From: Thermoproteota archaeon
GTDB taxonomy: Archaea; Asgardarchaeota; Jordiarchaeia; Jordiarchaeales; Freyrarchaeaceae
NCBI GenBank assembly: GCA_029258835.1
Contig: JAPDJY010000019.1
Coordinates: 1 to 62,029 of the forward strand
DNA length: 62,029 bases
Direction of reading: 5' to 3'
Below are positions 46,575 to 57,317 of this stretch, piece by piece (within the stretch, counting starts at the first letter, position 1; each line of letters opens with the position of its first letter). The notes below the pieces were generated by a model, which saw nothing but the letters and a program-made list of their open reading frames with translations, ran no database searches and was not told where the DNA came from. Both the position numbers and the translations under genes were made by a program.

Positions 46575-47672
46575 TTATGAGTATCGTATAGAAAAGTTGA
46601 CTGTTATTCTTGTAGCCGCTGTTAGATCGGACTGAAGGAGGGCTAGAACTTGGTCGTTTACCTCCCTGTCCGGTATATTGTGTCCTCCTTCATGCTCTAT
46701 TACCTGTTTATTCTTGCAGTTGGTTGCTGCCTCGCTAAGCATGAGGCATGCTTGAGGCGGGATCACCTCGTCATTTTTCGCGTAGTGGAGCTGTAAGCTT
46801 CCATTAAAGTTTCCAATGTAGTTGAGGGGTTCGGTGTAGCATACCCTGCTGTCGCCCAGTATCTCGTCCACGTCCACGTTCGGATCTTCGGATATCTCGC
46901 TGTTGTGGAGGATGTACGTCAGGTTTCCTCCTGTAGCTATGAGTGCTCCGACGCTTATCCTCCCGTCAACCCCTAGGGTGACGGCGCCTATGAGGCTTCC
47001 GAGGCTTCTGCCGACAAGCGCCACTTTTTCCACTCCATACTTTTCCTCGAGGAAGTCTATGCTTCTCCTGACGTCGAAGACTGCTTGTATCATGACGTCC
47101 ACGATGTCTGAGTCGAAGTCTAGTGGTCGCGTTGCTCTCTCCCCGTGAAGCGGTAGGTCTATGGCTAAGCATGTGAAGTTGTTGGCGGCAAAGTACTTTG
47201 CGGTGGGGAGTGTCTTGTTCTTATCGCTGTTTAAGCCGTGGAGCAGGACTACTCCGACGCCTTCTCTCGGGTGGAGTGGGGTGACAAGCCATGCTGTAAC
47301 CCTCGATGAAACATCCGTCCGGTCAACGCTGTCAAACGTGACCTTGTAGACATCGTACCCCTCAGTTTCATTATGCTCTACAAGAGTTACTTCCGCGTTT
47401 AATGGTTGGCTTGGATCGTAGCTGTAGAATTCAACGTATCCGGGCTTACGTGTAAGCTGCATGTAGAGCAGGTATAGGCGTAGCGTCTCTTGAGTGTTTC
47501 TCTGGTTGAGGATGAACCATCCGGCAGCTCCTCCAACGATCACTATCGCAATGAGGACGAGGGCAAGAACCCACCTTTTAACCACTACTCCGCACCCGCC
47601 ATAACCCACAATTACCTTTTTCCTCTTTTCAAACTTTAAGTGTTTTGATTTCTGCAGAGTTTTAACGCTCAA
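46575..47672 (-). CDS. Membrane-anchored alpha/beta hydrolase (esterase-like)
   Basis: N-terminal TM helix, LLHGL, DLPLHGER, GRSLG nucleophile elbow, NDEVI Asp, GGH His; probable start GTG 47585. Confidence 0.88.
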   Translation of the reverse strand: MSVKTLQKSKHLKFEKRKKVIVGYGGCGVVVKRWVLALVLIAIVIVGGAAGWFILNQRNTQETLRLYLLYMQLTRKPGYVEFYSYDPSQPLNAEVTLVEHNETEGYDVYKVTFDSVDRTDVSSRVTAWLVTPLHPREGVGVVLLHGLNSDKNKTLPTAKYFAANNFTCLAIDLPLHGERATRPLDFDSDIVDVMIQAVFDVRRSIDFLEEKYGVEKVALVGRSLGSLIGAVTLGVDGRISVGALIATGGNLTYILHNSEISEDPNVDVDEILGDSRVCYTEPLNYIGNFNGSLQLHYAKNDEVIPPQACLMLSEAATNCKNKQVIEHEGGHNIPDREVNDQVLALLQSDLTAATRITVNFSIRYS

Positions 47673-48343
47673 CGATAACTCTTCCCTGACTCATAACTCC
47701 GAAAAGAATGCTCATTTTCCGGGCTTCGTCGGGAAGCACGGTTAAGAGGAAAGGGTGCCGAAGAAGTGTTAGGAGGTTTTAAGAGAGAATCTGAAGATGG
47801 AAGGTGGCCATCAGAAGGAAGGGAAAGGGAGAATGTTTTAGTATTTAAGGTTTTACGTGAAATAAGCTCAGATTCTTTAGTTGCACTTTTGAACCGGGCT
47901 ACCTCCTTCCAGTCGCCCTTCCGCCAGTGCATTTTCCTAAGTCACCCTTTAGTTCCAAGACGATTGCCAGCTCCTTCAACCCGGAAATCATCCACGTGAA
48001 CAATCAACCTGATACTTGCTCTCTAAAGCCTACTGTGCATGAAAGGTATTTCTCGAAGGAAGCCTCCTTTCAAAGTAAAGATGCTTAGCTGAGGGGTGAA
48101 GCGGCTTAAAGGCGTGGGTTAAGAGACGGCTTAGGCAAGCATCACCTGTTGAGTGCACCCACTACTGGTGAATGATTTAGACAGATATCTTGAAGCCTTC
48201 ACGTAGCGGAGAAGCGGTATTTAACCTAGGATATGATGGAAAACGGTGCACTCCTTTGTTACTATTGTTACTATTATGAAGTTGCAAAAAAGGTTAAATC
48301 GCTTAAATGGGTAAATGGGTTAATGGTGGCTTGAGGTGGAAGC

Positions 48344-49480
48344 GTGAAGGTTTTAGTTCTTGGAGGGTGTGGGGCTCAAGGAACCTTTGCTACAAAGGAG
48401 CTCGCCGTTTCTGACGAGGTCTCCGAGCTGATAATTGGAGATTATAATGTTGAGAGGGCGCGAAGGGTTGCATCTGAAATTGGCAGTGAGAAACTGGGCG
48501 TTGAGAAGGTTGACGTGAGGGATAGAGGCGCCTTAGTGGATTTAATGAGGAAGGTTGATGTCGTGGTTAACTGTGTTGGCCCATTCTACATGTATGGCCC
48601 GATGGTTTTGAGCGCTGCGATAGAGGCGGGGAGGAGCTACGTGGACATCTGCGATGACGCTGATGCAACCGTTAAAATGCTAGAGATGAATGATAAGGCG
48701 AGGGATGCCGGCATCTCTGCTGTAATCGGCCTCGGGGCGAGCCCGGGCATCACCAACATTCTATCGGTTTACTTGGCGAGGGAGTTTGACAGGGTTGATG
48801 AAATCCGGCAGTACTGGGTTGTTGATAGTAGCAGCGACCCCGAAGGGATGGCTGTAATGTACCACGCCGCCCACGGTATGAGTGGGAGGACGCCTCAGTT
48901 CATAAACGGTAAGCTTGAATGGTTAAAGGCTGGAAGCGGCGCCGAGAAAGTCGAGTTCCTAGGTGGGAAGGCGACGGTAGTCTACTTCGGCCATCCAGAA
49001 CCGATAACAATACCCAAATATGTTGAAGGCGTGAAAACCGTTATCAACAAGGGCGGCTTCCTCCCATCATCTGACTTCACTATATTCAGAATCCTTTCAA
49101 GGCTCGGCTTCTTTAGCGAGAAGAAGATAGCAGGAGTATCGCCGAGAAGGCTCACGGTCACCTTCCTAACGAAAACCGTGGCGAAACACGAGATGAAGGA
49201 AGCCACGCGCACGGCAATAAGGCTCGAGATGACAGGGGAATCCGGCGGTGAAACCCTTAAACTGGTAGCGCATCTGAAAGGCCACATGGGTCCGGCGACG
49301 GGAATGCCCGCTGCAATAGGCGCCCTAATGCTAATAAACGAGGAGGTCGAGGCGAAAGGTGTTCTCCCACCTGAAGCATGCATAGACCCCGACACGTTCA
49401 TAAAGAGGGCGAGGGAGCGGATCGAGCCAGGAGCCGAACTCGTGCTGGAAAAAACATATCGTGGGCCGCTCTTCGACTAG
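48344..49480 (+). CDS. Saccharopine dehydrogenase/lysine 6-dehydrogenase-like NAD(P) oxidoreductase
   Basis: VLGGCGAQG, NCVGPF, YVDICDD, GLGASPGITN, GHPEPITIP and GVLPPE motifs. Confidence 0.9.
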   Translation: MKVLVLGGCGAQGTFATKELAVSDEVSELIIGDYNVERARRVASEIGSEKLGVEKVDVRDRGALVDLMRKVDVVVNCVGPFYMYGPMVLSAAIEAGRSYVDICDDADATVKMLEMNDKARDAGISAVIGLGASPGITNILSVYLAREFDRVDEIRQYWVVDSSSDPEGMAVMYHAAHGMSGRTPQFINGKLEWLKAGSGAEKVEFLGGKATVVYFGHPEPITIPKYVEGVKTVINKGGFLPSSDFTIFRILSRLGFFSEKKIAGVSPRRLTVTFLTKTVAKHEMKEATRTAIRLEMTGESGGETLKLVAHLKGHMGPATGMPAAIGALMLINEEVEAKGVLPPEACIDPDTFIKRARERIEPGAELVLEKTYRGPLFD

Positions 49481-49569
49481 CCGTCCCCGGAGAGATCGTA
49501 AACTAAAAACGTCTAGTAATACTGGTAAACCGTGAAGAAGCAGACTCCTCCTAGGGCAGCATGGACGAC

Positions 49570-50218
49570 GATGGTTGATCTCTGCGAACCTTGAGAACCA
49601 GGGTGCTTGGTGCTATTATGCCGATGAAACGTCAAGCCCTTTTTACCCGAGACGTTGCCGCCTGCTGGAACCTCCTCCTTAAAGCCCTACGGGGTGATGG
49701 GAGCCGCGCTCCAAGCCCCATAGGGCCTAGATCTATACTAGATGGGAGCCGCATTCCGTTCGGCTCGACAGCCACCCATGACCCCATAGGGATACCCAAG
49801 TCCCTATGGGCGAGGTGGAAGTCCACACCGCAGATACAATATGCTACAAATCCAAACAGAATAAAGCGGTAGGGACAAACGGTACCTGTGGTTCCCAGAG
49901 AGTTCACGGCAGCCTTTCTAAAAGCGATAATTCGAAAGATTGGTGGAAACATTACGGGTGGAGGGCAGCTCGTTAAGGCTTCACGGGTGATCGTGGAGGG
50001 AAAGAAAGGCGGGGAACCTGCAACGTATATTTACGACAGAATAGGTAATGAGTGGGAGGCGGGGATAGCCTTATCCATTGGGGCTCAAATGGTCGTTGCC
50101 GGCTCCATCACCGAGAAAGGCGTCCACCCACCGGGGATGCATTGAACCACAAAAATTCTTCTAGGAATTAAAGAAGAGAGGTTTGAGAATCATAGAGAAA
50201 ACAATCACAGAAACGTGA
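49570..50218 (+). pseudogene. Degraded second saccharopine dehydrogenase-like gene
   Basis: Fragments VDLC, VPREFTAAFL, RVIVEGKKGGE and AGIALSIGAQMV...EKGVHPP, with frameshifts and stops. Confidence 0.65.
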
Positions 50219-50606
50219 ACTCTAAAAGCAAACTCAAAGGTTAAAGGAGGACGCGGTCTCCTAGCAAAACCATTAGAACCCCCTTCAGCCGTTATGCGTC
50301 GTAAAACCATGAGCCACTAGAGGACACCTACATCTAAACCGCAGAGAGAATGAAGGCGGTTGAAGGCAGAAAACTTCAACCACTTTAGCCCTAAACGTAC
50401 ATTAAGTTACGTATCTTTCCCTTTTAATGCGTCTGAGACGCAGTCATCGCTAATGAAAATTTTTCTCTTGCTTCACACCCATCTACCCACTTCTTAAAGA
50501 ACAGGTGCATCCCAAGAGGGAATTCAACACATATTTACTAGCGCTTCTCTCCTCGTCTCCAAACACGTGGATTCGCCTTTAAGCATTCCTCCCGGGAGGA
50601 GGGAAT

Positions 50607-51032
50607 CTATGGAATCTGGGAGACGTGGAGTACGACGTCCTCATACTTTCGCCTAAGCCTCTTTACGAGTTTTCGATCTGCAGTGTAGAGCCTCGTGTTT
50701 AGGGTTACCGCTAGGGCCACGTAGGATGCATCATAAATAGTTACTTCCTCCTCCACCGCTATCTCCACGGCTCTCTCAGCCACCTCCCCTCTCAGGGAGT
50801 ACAGTTCTATCCCGTAACTTGAAAGCGCGACGGCTACATCTTTAAGCTCATCCATACTAAACAGGTTACTGTACTTTAACGCATTTAAGACTTCAAACGG
50901 GAGCAGCTCAGGCGCCACTATCATGACTTCCCCGTTCACATGCATATCCCTCAACTTCAACGCTTTATCAGAGTCCTCCTCCTCAATAAACCACTTAACT
51001 ATCAGGCTGGCATCGCCAACCACCCGCTCCAT
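50607..51032 (-). CDS. vapC: PIN-domain toxin, VapC family
   Basis: VVGDASLIVKW, FEVLNAL, IYDASYVALA and YTADRKL motifs. Confidence 0.92.
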   Translation of the reverse strand: MERVVGDASLIVKWFIEEEDSDKALKLRDMHVNGEVMIVAPELLPFEVLNALKYSNLFSMDELKDVAVALSSYGIELYSLRGEVAERAVEIAVEEEVTIYDASYVALAVTLNTRLYTADRKLVKRLRRKYEDVVLHVSQIP

Positions 51033-51261
51033 AACGCCTCTCTCTCCAGTACCTTATAATTTCAGCACTGTCCCACCTCTCACCCCCCTTCTTCCTCACC
51101 CTCTCATTCAGCAGGACAGCCCTAGCAAGCTTTCTGCCCTCCTCAGCCTCCAACACCTCCATTATTGCCCTCCTAATAACCTCACTCCAGTTAACATGCT
51201 TCAGCCTTTCCATCCGCCTCTTAACCTCATCACTCACCCTAACACTTATAACAGCCAACAC
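50995..51261 (-). CDS. vapB: Ribbon-helix-helix VapB-type antitoxin
   Basis: VISVRVSDEVKRRM...VNWSEVIRRAI; overlaps vapC. Confidence 0.85.
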   Translation of the reverse strand: MLAVISVRVSDEVKRRMERLKHVNWSEVIRRAIMEVLEAEEGRKLARAVLLNERVRKKGGERWDSAEIIRYWRERRYGAGGWRCQPDS

Positions 51262-51277
51262 GCAACCCCCTGTAACA

Positions 51278-51293
51278 GTAATACATGTATTAC
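51278..51293. promoter_or_regulatory. Perfect 16-bp palindrome GTAATACATGTATTAC, probable VapB operator
   Basis: Lies 17 nt upstream of the antitoxin start. Confidence 0.65.
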
Positions 51294-51587
51294 CTTACTA
51301 CACGTAAACACAATAAGCATTAATAAACTTATTTAGCAATCTTCAAATTTCAAATAGAGGGGATTCGATGGGTGCTGCAAGGGGAGACGTCAAAAACGTG
51401 AACACGAAAGGTAACTAAGAAACACAGGGTTCCCCTCCTCCCTAAGAATCAGCCTCCCGTTACTTACAGAAATCTAGCCGGTTTCAAGCGCCGCACCTCT
51501 CATGGAGCCCGGTCAGGAAAGAGAAGCGCAGTGTTTAACGCAAACTCTTATATTATTCTAACCCCCATTTTCTGATGGTGTCCTCCC

Positions 51588-52442
51588 TTGGTTGAAGTTA
51601 AACTTTTCCAGAGAGAGCTAAAGGAGCTGGTGAGGGTCACGCTTCCATCCCACCCCGTAGACCTGGGGAAGTTCACAACCCTAATTCTAGGAGACATCCT
51701 GAAGGATGACAAGGTCAAGAAGGAACTGGGACTAAACTTCGACGACCTAAAAGTTTACCCCGGCCCTCAACCCAGGGAGTCAGCGGACATAGAACTTCTA
51801 AGAAACGGTGAAATTATCGGCATGATCAACGTTAAAACCTGCGTTTCGGGAATCCTTAAGGCCGCGTTGAGGAAGCTGAAGTCCTCGATCAGGACGGGAG
51901 AGGATGGAGCCGTAATAATGTTCGCCCTCTGCCAAAAAGGCGAATCCACAGAGGCAAGAATGATAATAGCCCTAATCCCCGAGAAAGCCCTAAAAAGCTA
52001 CGAAACCCTAGACATACAAGACGTAATCCAAAGCAAAATCAGAGAAAAAGCCGAAAAAGAAGGATACAACACCATAAACCTACTGGCAGCAAATGAAGCA
52101 ATAGAAATAGAAAGGCTAAAAATAGCCGTGAAATCAGAGGAGAAGGCTGAGAGAGCGTACGAGGCGGCGGCGAGGGCGGAGGAGAAGGCTGAGAGAGCGT
52201 ACGAGGCGGCGGCGAGGGCGGAGGAGAAGGCTGAGAGAGCGTACGAGGCGGCGGCAAAAACCAGAGAGGAAGTTATGGGCGAGGTTAAGCGGGTCATGGG
52301 AGAACTGCAGCAAGTTAGAGAAGAAGTCAAGCAAGTTATGGGCGAGGTTAAGCACATCATGGGAGAACTGCAGCACGTCAAAGACACAGTAGATAAGGGG
52401 TTCGACACCATCCTAAAAACACTAAAGGAGAAAAAGAGTTAA
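51588..52442 (+). CDS. Protein with a PD-(D/E)XK-like N-terminal domain and a C-terminal tandem-repeat coiled coil
   Basis: ADIELL...GMINVKT; repeats EEKAERAYEAAARA and VMGEVKxxMGELQxV. Confidence 0.65.
   Translation: MVEVKLFQRELKELVRVTLPSHPVDLGKFTTLILGDILKDDKVKKELGLNFDDLKVYPGPQPRESADIELLRNGEIIGMINVKTCVSGILKAALRKLKSSIRTGEDGAVIMFALCQKGESTEARMIIALIPEKALKSYETLDIQDVIQSKIREKAEKEGYNTINLLAANEAIEIERLKIAVKSEEKAERAYEAAARAEEKAERAYEAAARAEEKAERAYEAAAKTREEVMGEVKRVMGELQQVREEVKQVMGEVKHIMGELQHVKDTVDKGFDTILKTLKEKKS
52137..52255 (+). repeat. Tandem repeat, 42-bp unit x 2.8 (14 aa, two heptads)
   Basis: gaggagaaggctgagagagcgtacgaggcggcggcgagggcg at 52137 and 52179, partial copy at 52221. Confidence 0.95.
52270..52375 (+). 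repeat. Imperfect repeat with 63-bp period (21 aa, three heptads)
   Basis: aagttatgggcgaggttaagc...atgggagaactgcagca occurs twice. Confidence 0.85.
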
Positions 52443-53020
52443 CCTGCCACATCTTCTCTTTATAGTTTTCCACCCTCTCTTCTAATCATTCTAACCTCTC
52501 TGCCACCTCTTCTAAAGAGAAAATACCTGTACTGATCCAAGAAACGCTAAAAGAAAAACTAAATTAATAAGAGGATCAAACAAACATTTTATCTCCCTTT
52601 TAATCGGCTGAAAAACCCAACTCAAACAAAAAGTTTCTTTAAATTGATGGTAGATTTGGTTCGTGCTACCGTAATGGAAGGATAGGTGAATACTAGAATA
52701 ATTGATGAGTTAAGAGAAAAAATACAGAGACAAAGTGTCGTTCATTAATGAAGATTTAAGAAAGTGGACGGGATTGAAAAAAGCCAGCAATGCTTGAAGA
52801 AACACCTGAAAAAGAAGCCCCGATACTTCCATTAAAAAGGGAAACACCAACCTATTTCAAGGTTATGGGAAACAATCTTCTTAAGTTTATAACACTATTC
52901 TCCAAAACCATGCCCCCCTTCCCTTAATAAGCTTTTTAAAACCACTATTAATAGCAAGCAAAGCCATCATTGCATTACTGCAGCAAGTGCCCGGTTACGT
53001 AGTGTTTTAATTTGTTGAAA

Positions 53021-55738
53021 TCAGAAAATGACATAAAAGTAGTGTTTTATTCGTGTCCTTATGCGTCTTGGGAGTACAGCGGCTGCTAGTAGGATTAAAA
53101 GTATTAAAGATGTTGTTTTCATTCCAGTGCTATAGATTTTTTGAGGTGCGTATTCTATGACCATAATATGCTCTCCTTTCCTGTCTATGTACCATGCGTT
53201 GGCGTAGTCAAATGCGTGAATGTGCTTCTCTTCGGGTATTTCTTCGAGAAGCCCGCCATGCACGTAGTATGCTTTCCAGTTTGGGTCATAAGTGTTTAAC
53301 AGGACTAAGAATGCTCCGTTTCCGGTCGGATTGCTTACCCTAGCCACGTACTTTGTCGGGGATAGTTTTAGCCACTCGACTCTCTCGGGGGTTAAGTGCA
53401 GCTTGTAGATCGTTTTGGTTTTCGCGTACTCGGGGTGTTCTTGGAGAAGTTTTCCTGTTTCGATTGCCTTTTCGCCGTTTACTGATAGGTCTAAGCGGTA
53501 TATTTCTCCAACATACTTCTCGGTTCCCCCCATGTTGCTTCCGACTATGACTTTAACTGGTAGGCTTGGAGGGTTTACGTGGCCTTCGCCTATTTCGGCA
53601 TAGTCAAATGTTACTCGTATTTCCCCACCTCTGAACTCGAGGTTAAGGGTGTGGTTTGTCCCCGTCTCAAACTTAAAGCTTCTCGTTAGAGCCCAAAGTT
53701 CTCCCTCCTTGGAGTAGGCGAAAACGTACATTACCCCTTTAGGGGAGAAACTAACCTTAAAGAGGTTTGTTTGAATGGGTGCATAGTTGATTTCCTGCCA
53801 GTCGCTGCTTGTAACGTTTTTAGGCTTGAAAGCAAATGAAATGTTTAAGGAGAAGCCTTCGACGTCTCCACATCCGTCAACCGTCAAGTTTATCGGTGCG
53901 GAGTCCTCGGAGAAGTCCAAGTAGGCTACGTTCTCAGGCTGGTGTGTAGCGTAGAAAAACATTTCTGAAAGATTCCTCCCCAAACCAGCTGAAACCGCAA
54001 ATATTCTGGGCGTGTACTCTTTAAGCTCATAAAATACGAGGCTTCCAAACACATACTTATTTTTGATCACATCCAACTTCTCTAAGGCGCTCTCATAGTA
54101 CTCCGGAGGATTATTCAGCTTTATGTAGGGGTGGCTAAGGTCTACGTCTTTCCTTAAGAGAATGTACTTCACGTTCAGTACTTTACAAAGCTGAATGAGC
54201 TCCTCAGGTGTAGCCCCCTCCAGCCTCTCAGTTAATGTTAAATACTCCATCGGTGCTATCGGATTTGCCATTTTGTCCAGTAAAGGTTTGTCTGTCAGAG
54301 TGTAAAGAATGTCCGGTCCTACGTACCCCCACTCGTATGGTACATATCCTGCAAAGTGCTTGGTGACCGGTGACGGCAACACTCTAAATTCTTCTTCTTG
54401 AATGTTTAGAAATTCTGCGGCAACATAGTATTCTACAGGTACCTTCACTACCCATGACTGATTTATGGTTCTTCCATAAAATACTATAGCTGGCAGAATG
54501 TAAACCGAATGAATCAAAAAGAGAACCAGTAATAAATATAAAAATTTTTTGTTTTGGAAATGAAACGTTAACCTTTTTAGCAATACGGATAAGATTAAGG
54601 ATAAAGATAGCATATATAGAACGCTGAAGTACTTCCACGCAGACCTAAAAATATAAATTTTGCTTTCGTAAAGCATTGTTCCGAGTGGCGTTAAATTTGG
54701 CGTGGCGGCAAGTAGACTTAGGAATGCTAAAAGCAATAGCCCTTTAATTTTACGTTTTTCAGATCTTTGAAGCCTAGGATAACAGTATAAGAGTAAGAAA
54801 GAAACCATCACAAATGGATAATATGAAATGATAAATAGAAATGGGTTTTCAATATACTGCTCAATAAAACTATATGATAAGATTCCACCAACGGCTTCAT
54901 CATGTGGACATGTTAAAGCATATGTTCCGACAAAACGTATCGAGTCTCCTATTCTTTGCTGTAATGCAACTGCAGCAGCCGACCTAGAAAACTCTAAATT
55001 AACAGGGGTCATTAACGTGGAACTATGAAACACCTGTGGAATAAGAAAAGGAAACGCAATAATTAAGATCATGAGTGAAGATAAAATAAAGTACTTGATG
55101 AGCCTCTTAACCGGAATTCTAATTCCAAACTTTAAAATAAACGTAGTTAATGGAATCATCGCAAGGTAAGTCACGAATATGTTAAGTGTCCTGACGAGGG
55201 GTAGAAAAAAGAGCATGTAGCATGCTAAGTAAAGCATTTTTCTCCTGTTATCCTCTACGCCTTCCATTTTCATGAAGATTAGAACTAAGAGAGGGGTTAT
55301 ACTAAAAAAGTAGATTATATGAGCTACTGGCGTGTGAAATACGATAGCCGTGTAAAGATTCAAAGAATAAAAAATGCTTACGAAAAATGCCGATCCAGTG
55401 TTACCTGTAACTTTATATCCTAGCAAGAACATTGAAATTGACGATAGAGAGAATAATGATGCAAACAGGGTGAACGTGGCTACGTTAATGCTACCGGAGA
55501 GCATGTTAAAGAAGTAAAGTGGCACTGCGTAGAAAATCCAGTATCCAGGTGTTGGCAGCGAAATACCTGTACCGTACTCCAGCCAGAGGAAAAGAGACCT
55601 TTGAATAAATAGCTGAGGGCTTAATAACTGCAGCGTGTCCCCTCCGTTTATGATATTGGTAAAATCAAAATGGATGGAATACTCCAGCAATAATGTTTGA
55701 ACCGCTGCAAGACTTACCATACATGTAAGCTTCCACAA
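53021..55738 (-). CDS. Polytopic GT-C-like glycosyltransferase (AftD/YfhO-like) with an extracellular LamG/ConA-like domain and C-terminal TM helix
   Basis: About 11-12 N-terminal TM helices, FRSAWKY, FRVLP, LNVKYILLRKD, LVLLNTYDPNW and YANAW motifs. Confidence 0.72.
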   Translation of the reverse strand: MWKLTCMVSLAAVQTLLLEYSIHFDFTNIINGGDTLQLLSPQLFIQRSLFLWLEYGTGISLPTPGYWIFYAVPLYFFNMLSGSINVATFTLFASLFSLSSISMFLLGYKVTGNTGSAFFVSIFYSLNLYTAIVFHTPVAHIIYFFSITPLLVLIFMKMEGVEDNRRKMLYLACYMLFFLPLVRTLNIFVTYLAMIPLTTFILKFGIRIPVKRLIKYFILSSLMILIIAFPFLIPQVFHSSTLMTPVNLEFSRSAAAVALQQRIGDSIRFVGTYALTCPHDEAVGGILSYSFIEQYIENPFLFIISYYPFVMVSFLLLYCYPRLQRSEKRKIKGLLLLAFLSLLAATPNLTPLGTMLYESKIYIFRSAWKYFSVLYMLSLSLILSVLLKRLTFHFQNKKFLYLLLVLFLIHSVYILPAIVFYGRTINQSWVVKVPVEYYVAAEFLNIQEEEFRVLPSPVTKHFAGYVPYEWGYVGPDILYTLTDKPLLDKMANPIAPMEYLTLTERLEGATPEELIQLCKVLNVKYILLRKDVDLSHPYIKLNNPPEYYESALEKLDVIKNKYVFGSLVFYELKEYTPRIFAVSAGLGRNLSEMFFYATHQPENVAYLDFSEDSAPINLTVDGCGDVEGFSLNISFAFKPKNVTSSDWQEINYAPIQTNLFKVSFSPKGVMYVFAYSKEGELWALTRSFKFETGTNHTLNLEFRGGEIRVTFDYAEIGEGHVNPPSLPVKVIVGSNMGGTEKYVGEIYRLDLSVNGEKAIETGKLLQEHPEYAKTKTIYKLHLTPERVEWLKLSPTKYVARVSNPTGNGAFLVLLNTYDPNWKAYYVHGGLLEEIPEEKHIHAFDYANAWYIDRKGEHIMVIEYAPQKIYSTGMKTTSLILLILLAAAVLPRRIRTRIKHYFYVIF

Positions 55739-55801
55739 ATACTGCTTCGAAGACCTAATGGTGGCTGGAATATAGCAAAACTTAAACAGTTTTATTTCCC
55801 C

Positions 55802-56572
55802 CTATTTTTTAATCTTAAATAAAATGGCGTTTGATAGGAGTTTTATGAGAAGGGAGTCTTGGTTTTTTATCATATAATCAGTCACTTTGTGCGCTACCCA
55901 AGGAATTGTTTGGCCTAGAAAGTAGGGGAATGTAATGCCTAATCCGTAAGTTTCTAGGATTGTAAATCCTGCCTCCTCGACTAGTTTTTTCATCTCATGG
56001 TAGCTGAAGCTGTTTTGCGGGGATGGTGTCATTAGACTATCGCGGAAGTATAAGCCGCGCTTAATTTTAAGGATTGTAAAGGGTAAATTGGCTAAACCAT
56101 GCTTGTTTAAGAAGTTTATCATGGCTAAGCCATTTGGCTTAAGTATTCTAAAGCACTCTTTTAATGCTCCTTTCAAGTCCACTAGGTGTGGTGTTAGGTT
56201 TATGCAGAATAACTTATCAAATGACCCCTCTCTAAAAGGCAGATTATGTGCATCAGTTTGAACCCCTGAAAAACTTCTAAAACTCCCTGCCACACTCAAT
56301 GCAAGGAGAGACAGGTCAATTCCGCAAACCCTAACGTAGTCAGGGAGAAAATGCATAAGATACCCAAAACCACATCCTATATCTGCAATCTTCTCCCCTT
56401 TTCGATATGGCGCTAGAATGTTAACAATCTTCTTAAAATTATGTGTTATTAGTTTTCCAGTGAAACCCTTCGTTGCCAGCTCGATTCTCCGTCGAATTTG
56501 CCTTTCTTCTGTATAATGCTTTCTAATTTTTTCTTTGTTCATATTATTTAACACCCAGCTAGAACTTAGCAT
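55802..56572 (-). CDS. Class I SAM-dependent methyltransferase
   Basis: IADIGCGFG, GIDLS, DAHNLPF and RILKPNG motifs. Confidence 0.88.
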   Translation of the reverse strand: MLSSSWVLNNMNKEKIRKHYTEERQIRRRIELATKGFTGKLITHNFKKIVNILAPYRKGEKIADIGCGFGYLMHFLPDYVRVCGIDLSLLALSVAGSFRSFSGVQTDAHNLPFREGSFDKLFCINLTPHLVDLKGALKECFRILKPNGLAMINFLNKHGLANLPFTILKIKRGLYFRDSLMTPSPQNSFSYHEMKKLVEEAGFTILETYGLGITFPYFLGQTIPWVAHKVTDYMIKNQDSLLIKLLSNAILFKIKK

Positions 56573-56578
56573 GCTACT

Positions 56579-57316
56579 TCACCTCCTAATTGCCAGTACA
56601 CCAATTCCAGTACACAACCCCTTTGCAAATTTCTCGAAGAGCTTAGCCACCCGCCAATTTTCCAGCCCAAAAGTATGTACAACCTGAAAGTTGCTGTCCT
56701 CCAATAGCTCTGTTAATGAGTTAAGTGTGAATGGGCGTATATGACCGGAAGGCTTCCACTTACCTACATACTTCTTTAAAAAACCAAGTTTATACCCGTA
56801 AGTCAGCTTTTTTGTTGAAACTTCAGTGTTAATTGGTTGGATTCCCAATGGAACCAGAATCCTGTTCTTCCAACAAACGATGTTTAACGTTGTGACAATA
56901 AGAAGGCCACGATTGACTAGCGAGTTACTTATTGACTCTAGCATGAAGTCTGTGTTGAAAACATGTTCAATGGTTTCGAAGACTGTTGCTATGTGAAAGT
57001 GTTTGCTGAAGGGAATTCTTTGACTATTTAGATCTAGGCGTAGAGTTGAGACTTCAGTGTTTTTACAGGAAGGAGCTATATCAACTCCGGTCGCCTTCAC
57101 TTCCCTTTTTGTGATTTTTCTAAGTAAGTTGGCAAAATACTCTGTGCCTAGGCAGTTTCCACAGCCTACATCAAGGTAGTTGACTTGGCCCGCTAATGGA
57201 GGAATCAGCTTTTTGATCAGTTTAACAATTTTTGTACGGGATGCAAGCTCCAGATACCTGTTCGGACCCATAGAGAACCTGCTTCTTTGATTGTAAAAAT
57301 CCTTCACTTTTACCAC
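56579..57316 (-). CDS. Class I SAM-dependent methyltransferase
   Basis: YLDVGCG, GVDIA, ETIEH and GHIRPFT motifs. Confidence 0.88.
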   Translation of the reverse strand: MVKVKDFYNQRSRFSMGPNRYLELASRTKIVKLIKKLIPPLAGQVNYLDVGCGNCLGTEYFANLLRKITKREVKATGVDIAPSCKNTEVSTLRLDLNSQRIPFSKHFHIATVFETIEHVFNTDFMLESISNSLVNRGLLIVTTLNIVCWKNRILVPLGIQPINTEVSTKKLTYGYKLGFLKKYVGKWKPSGHIRPFTLNSLTELLEDSNFQVVHTFGLENWRVAKLFEKFAKGLCTGIGVLAIRR

Positions 57317-57317
57317 C

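Noticed and set aside
52137-52375. Possible CRISPR array
   Set aside because: Head-to-tail coding repeats without spacers; no cas genes in the window.
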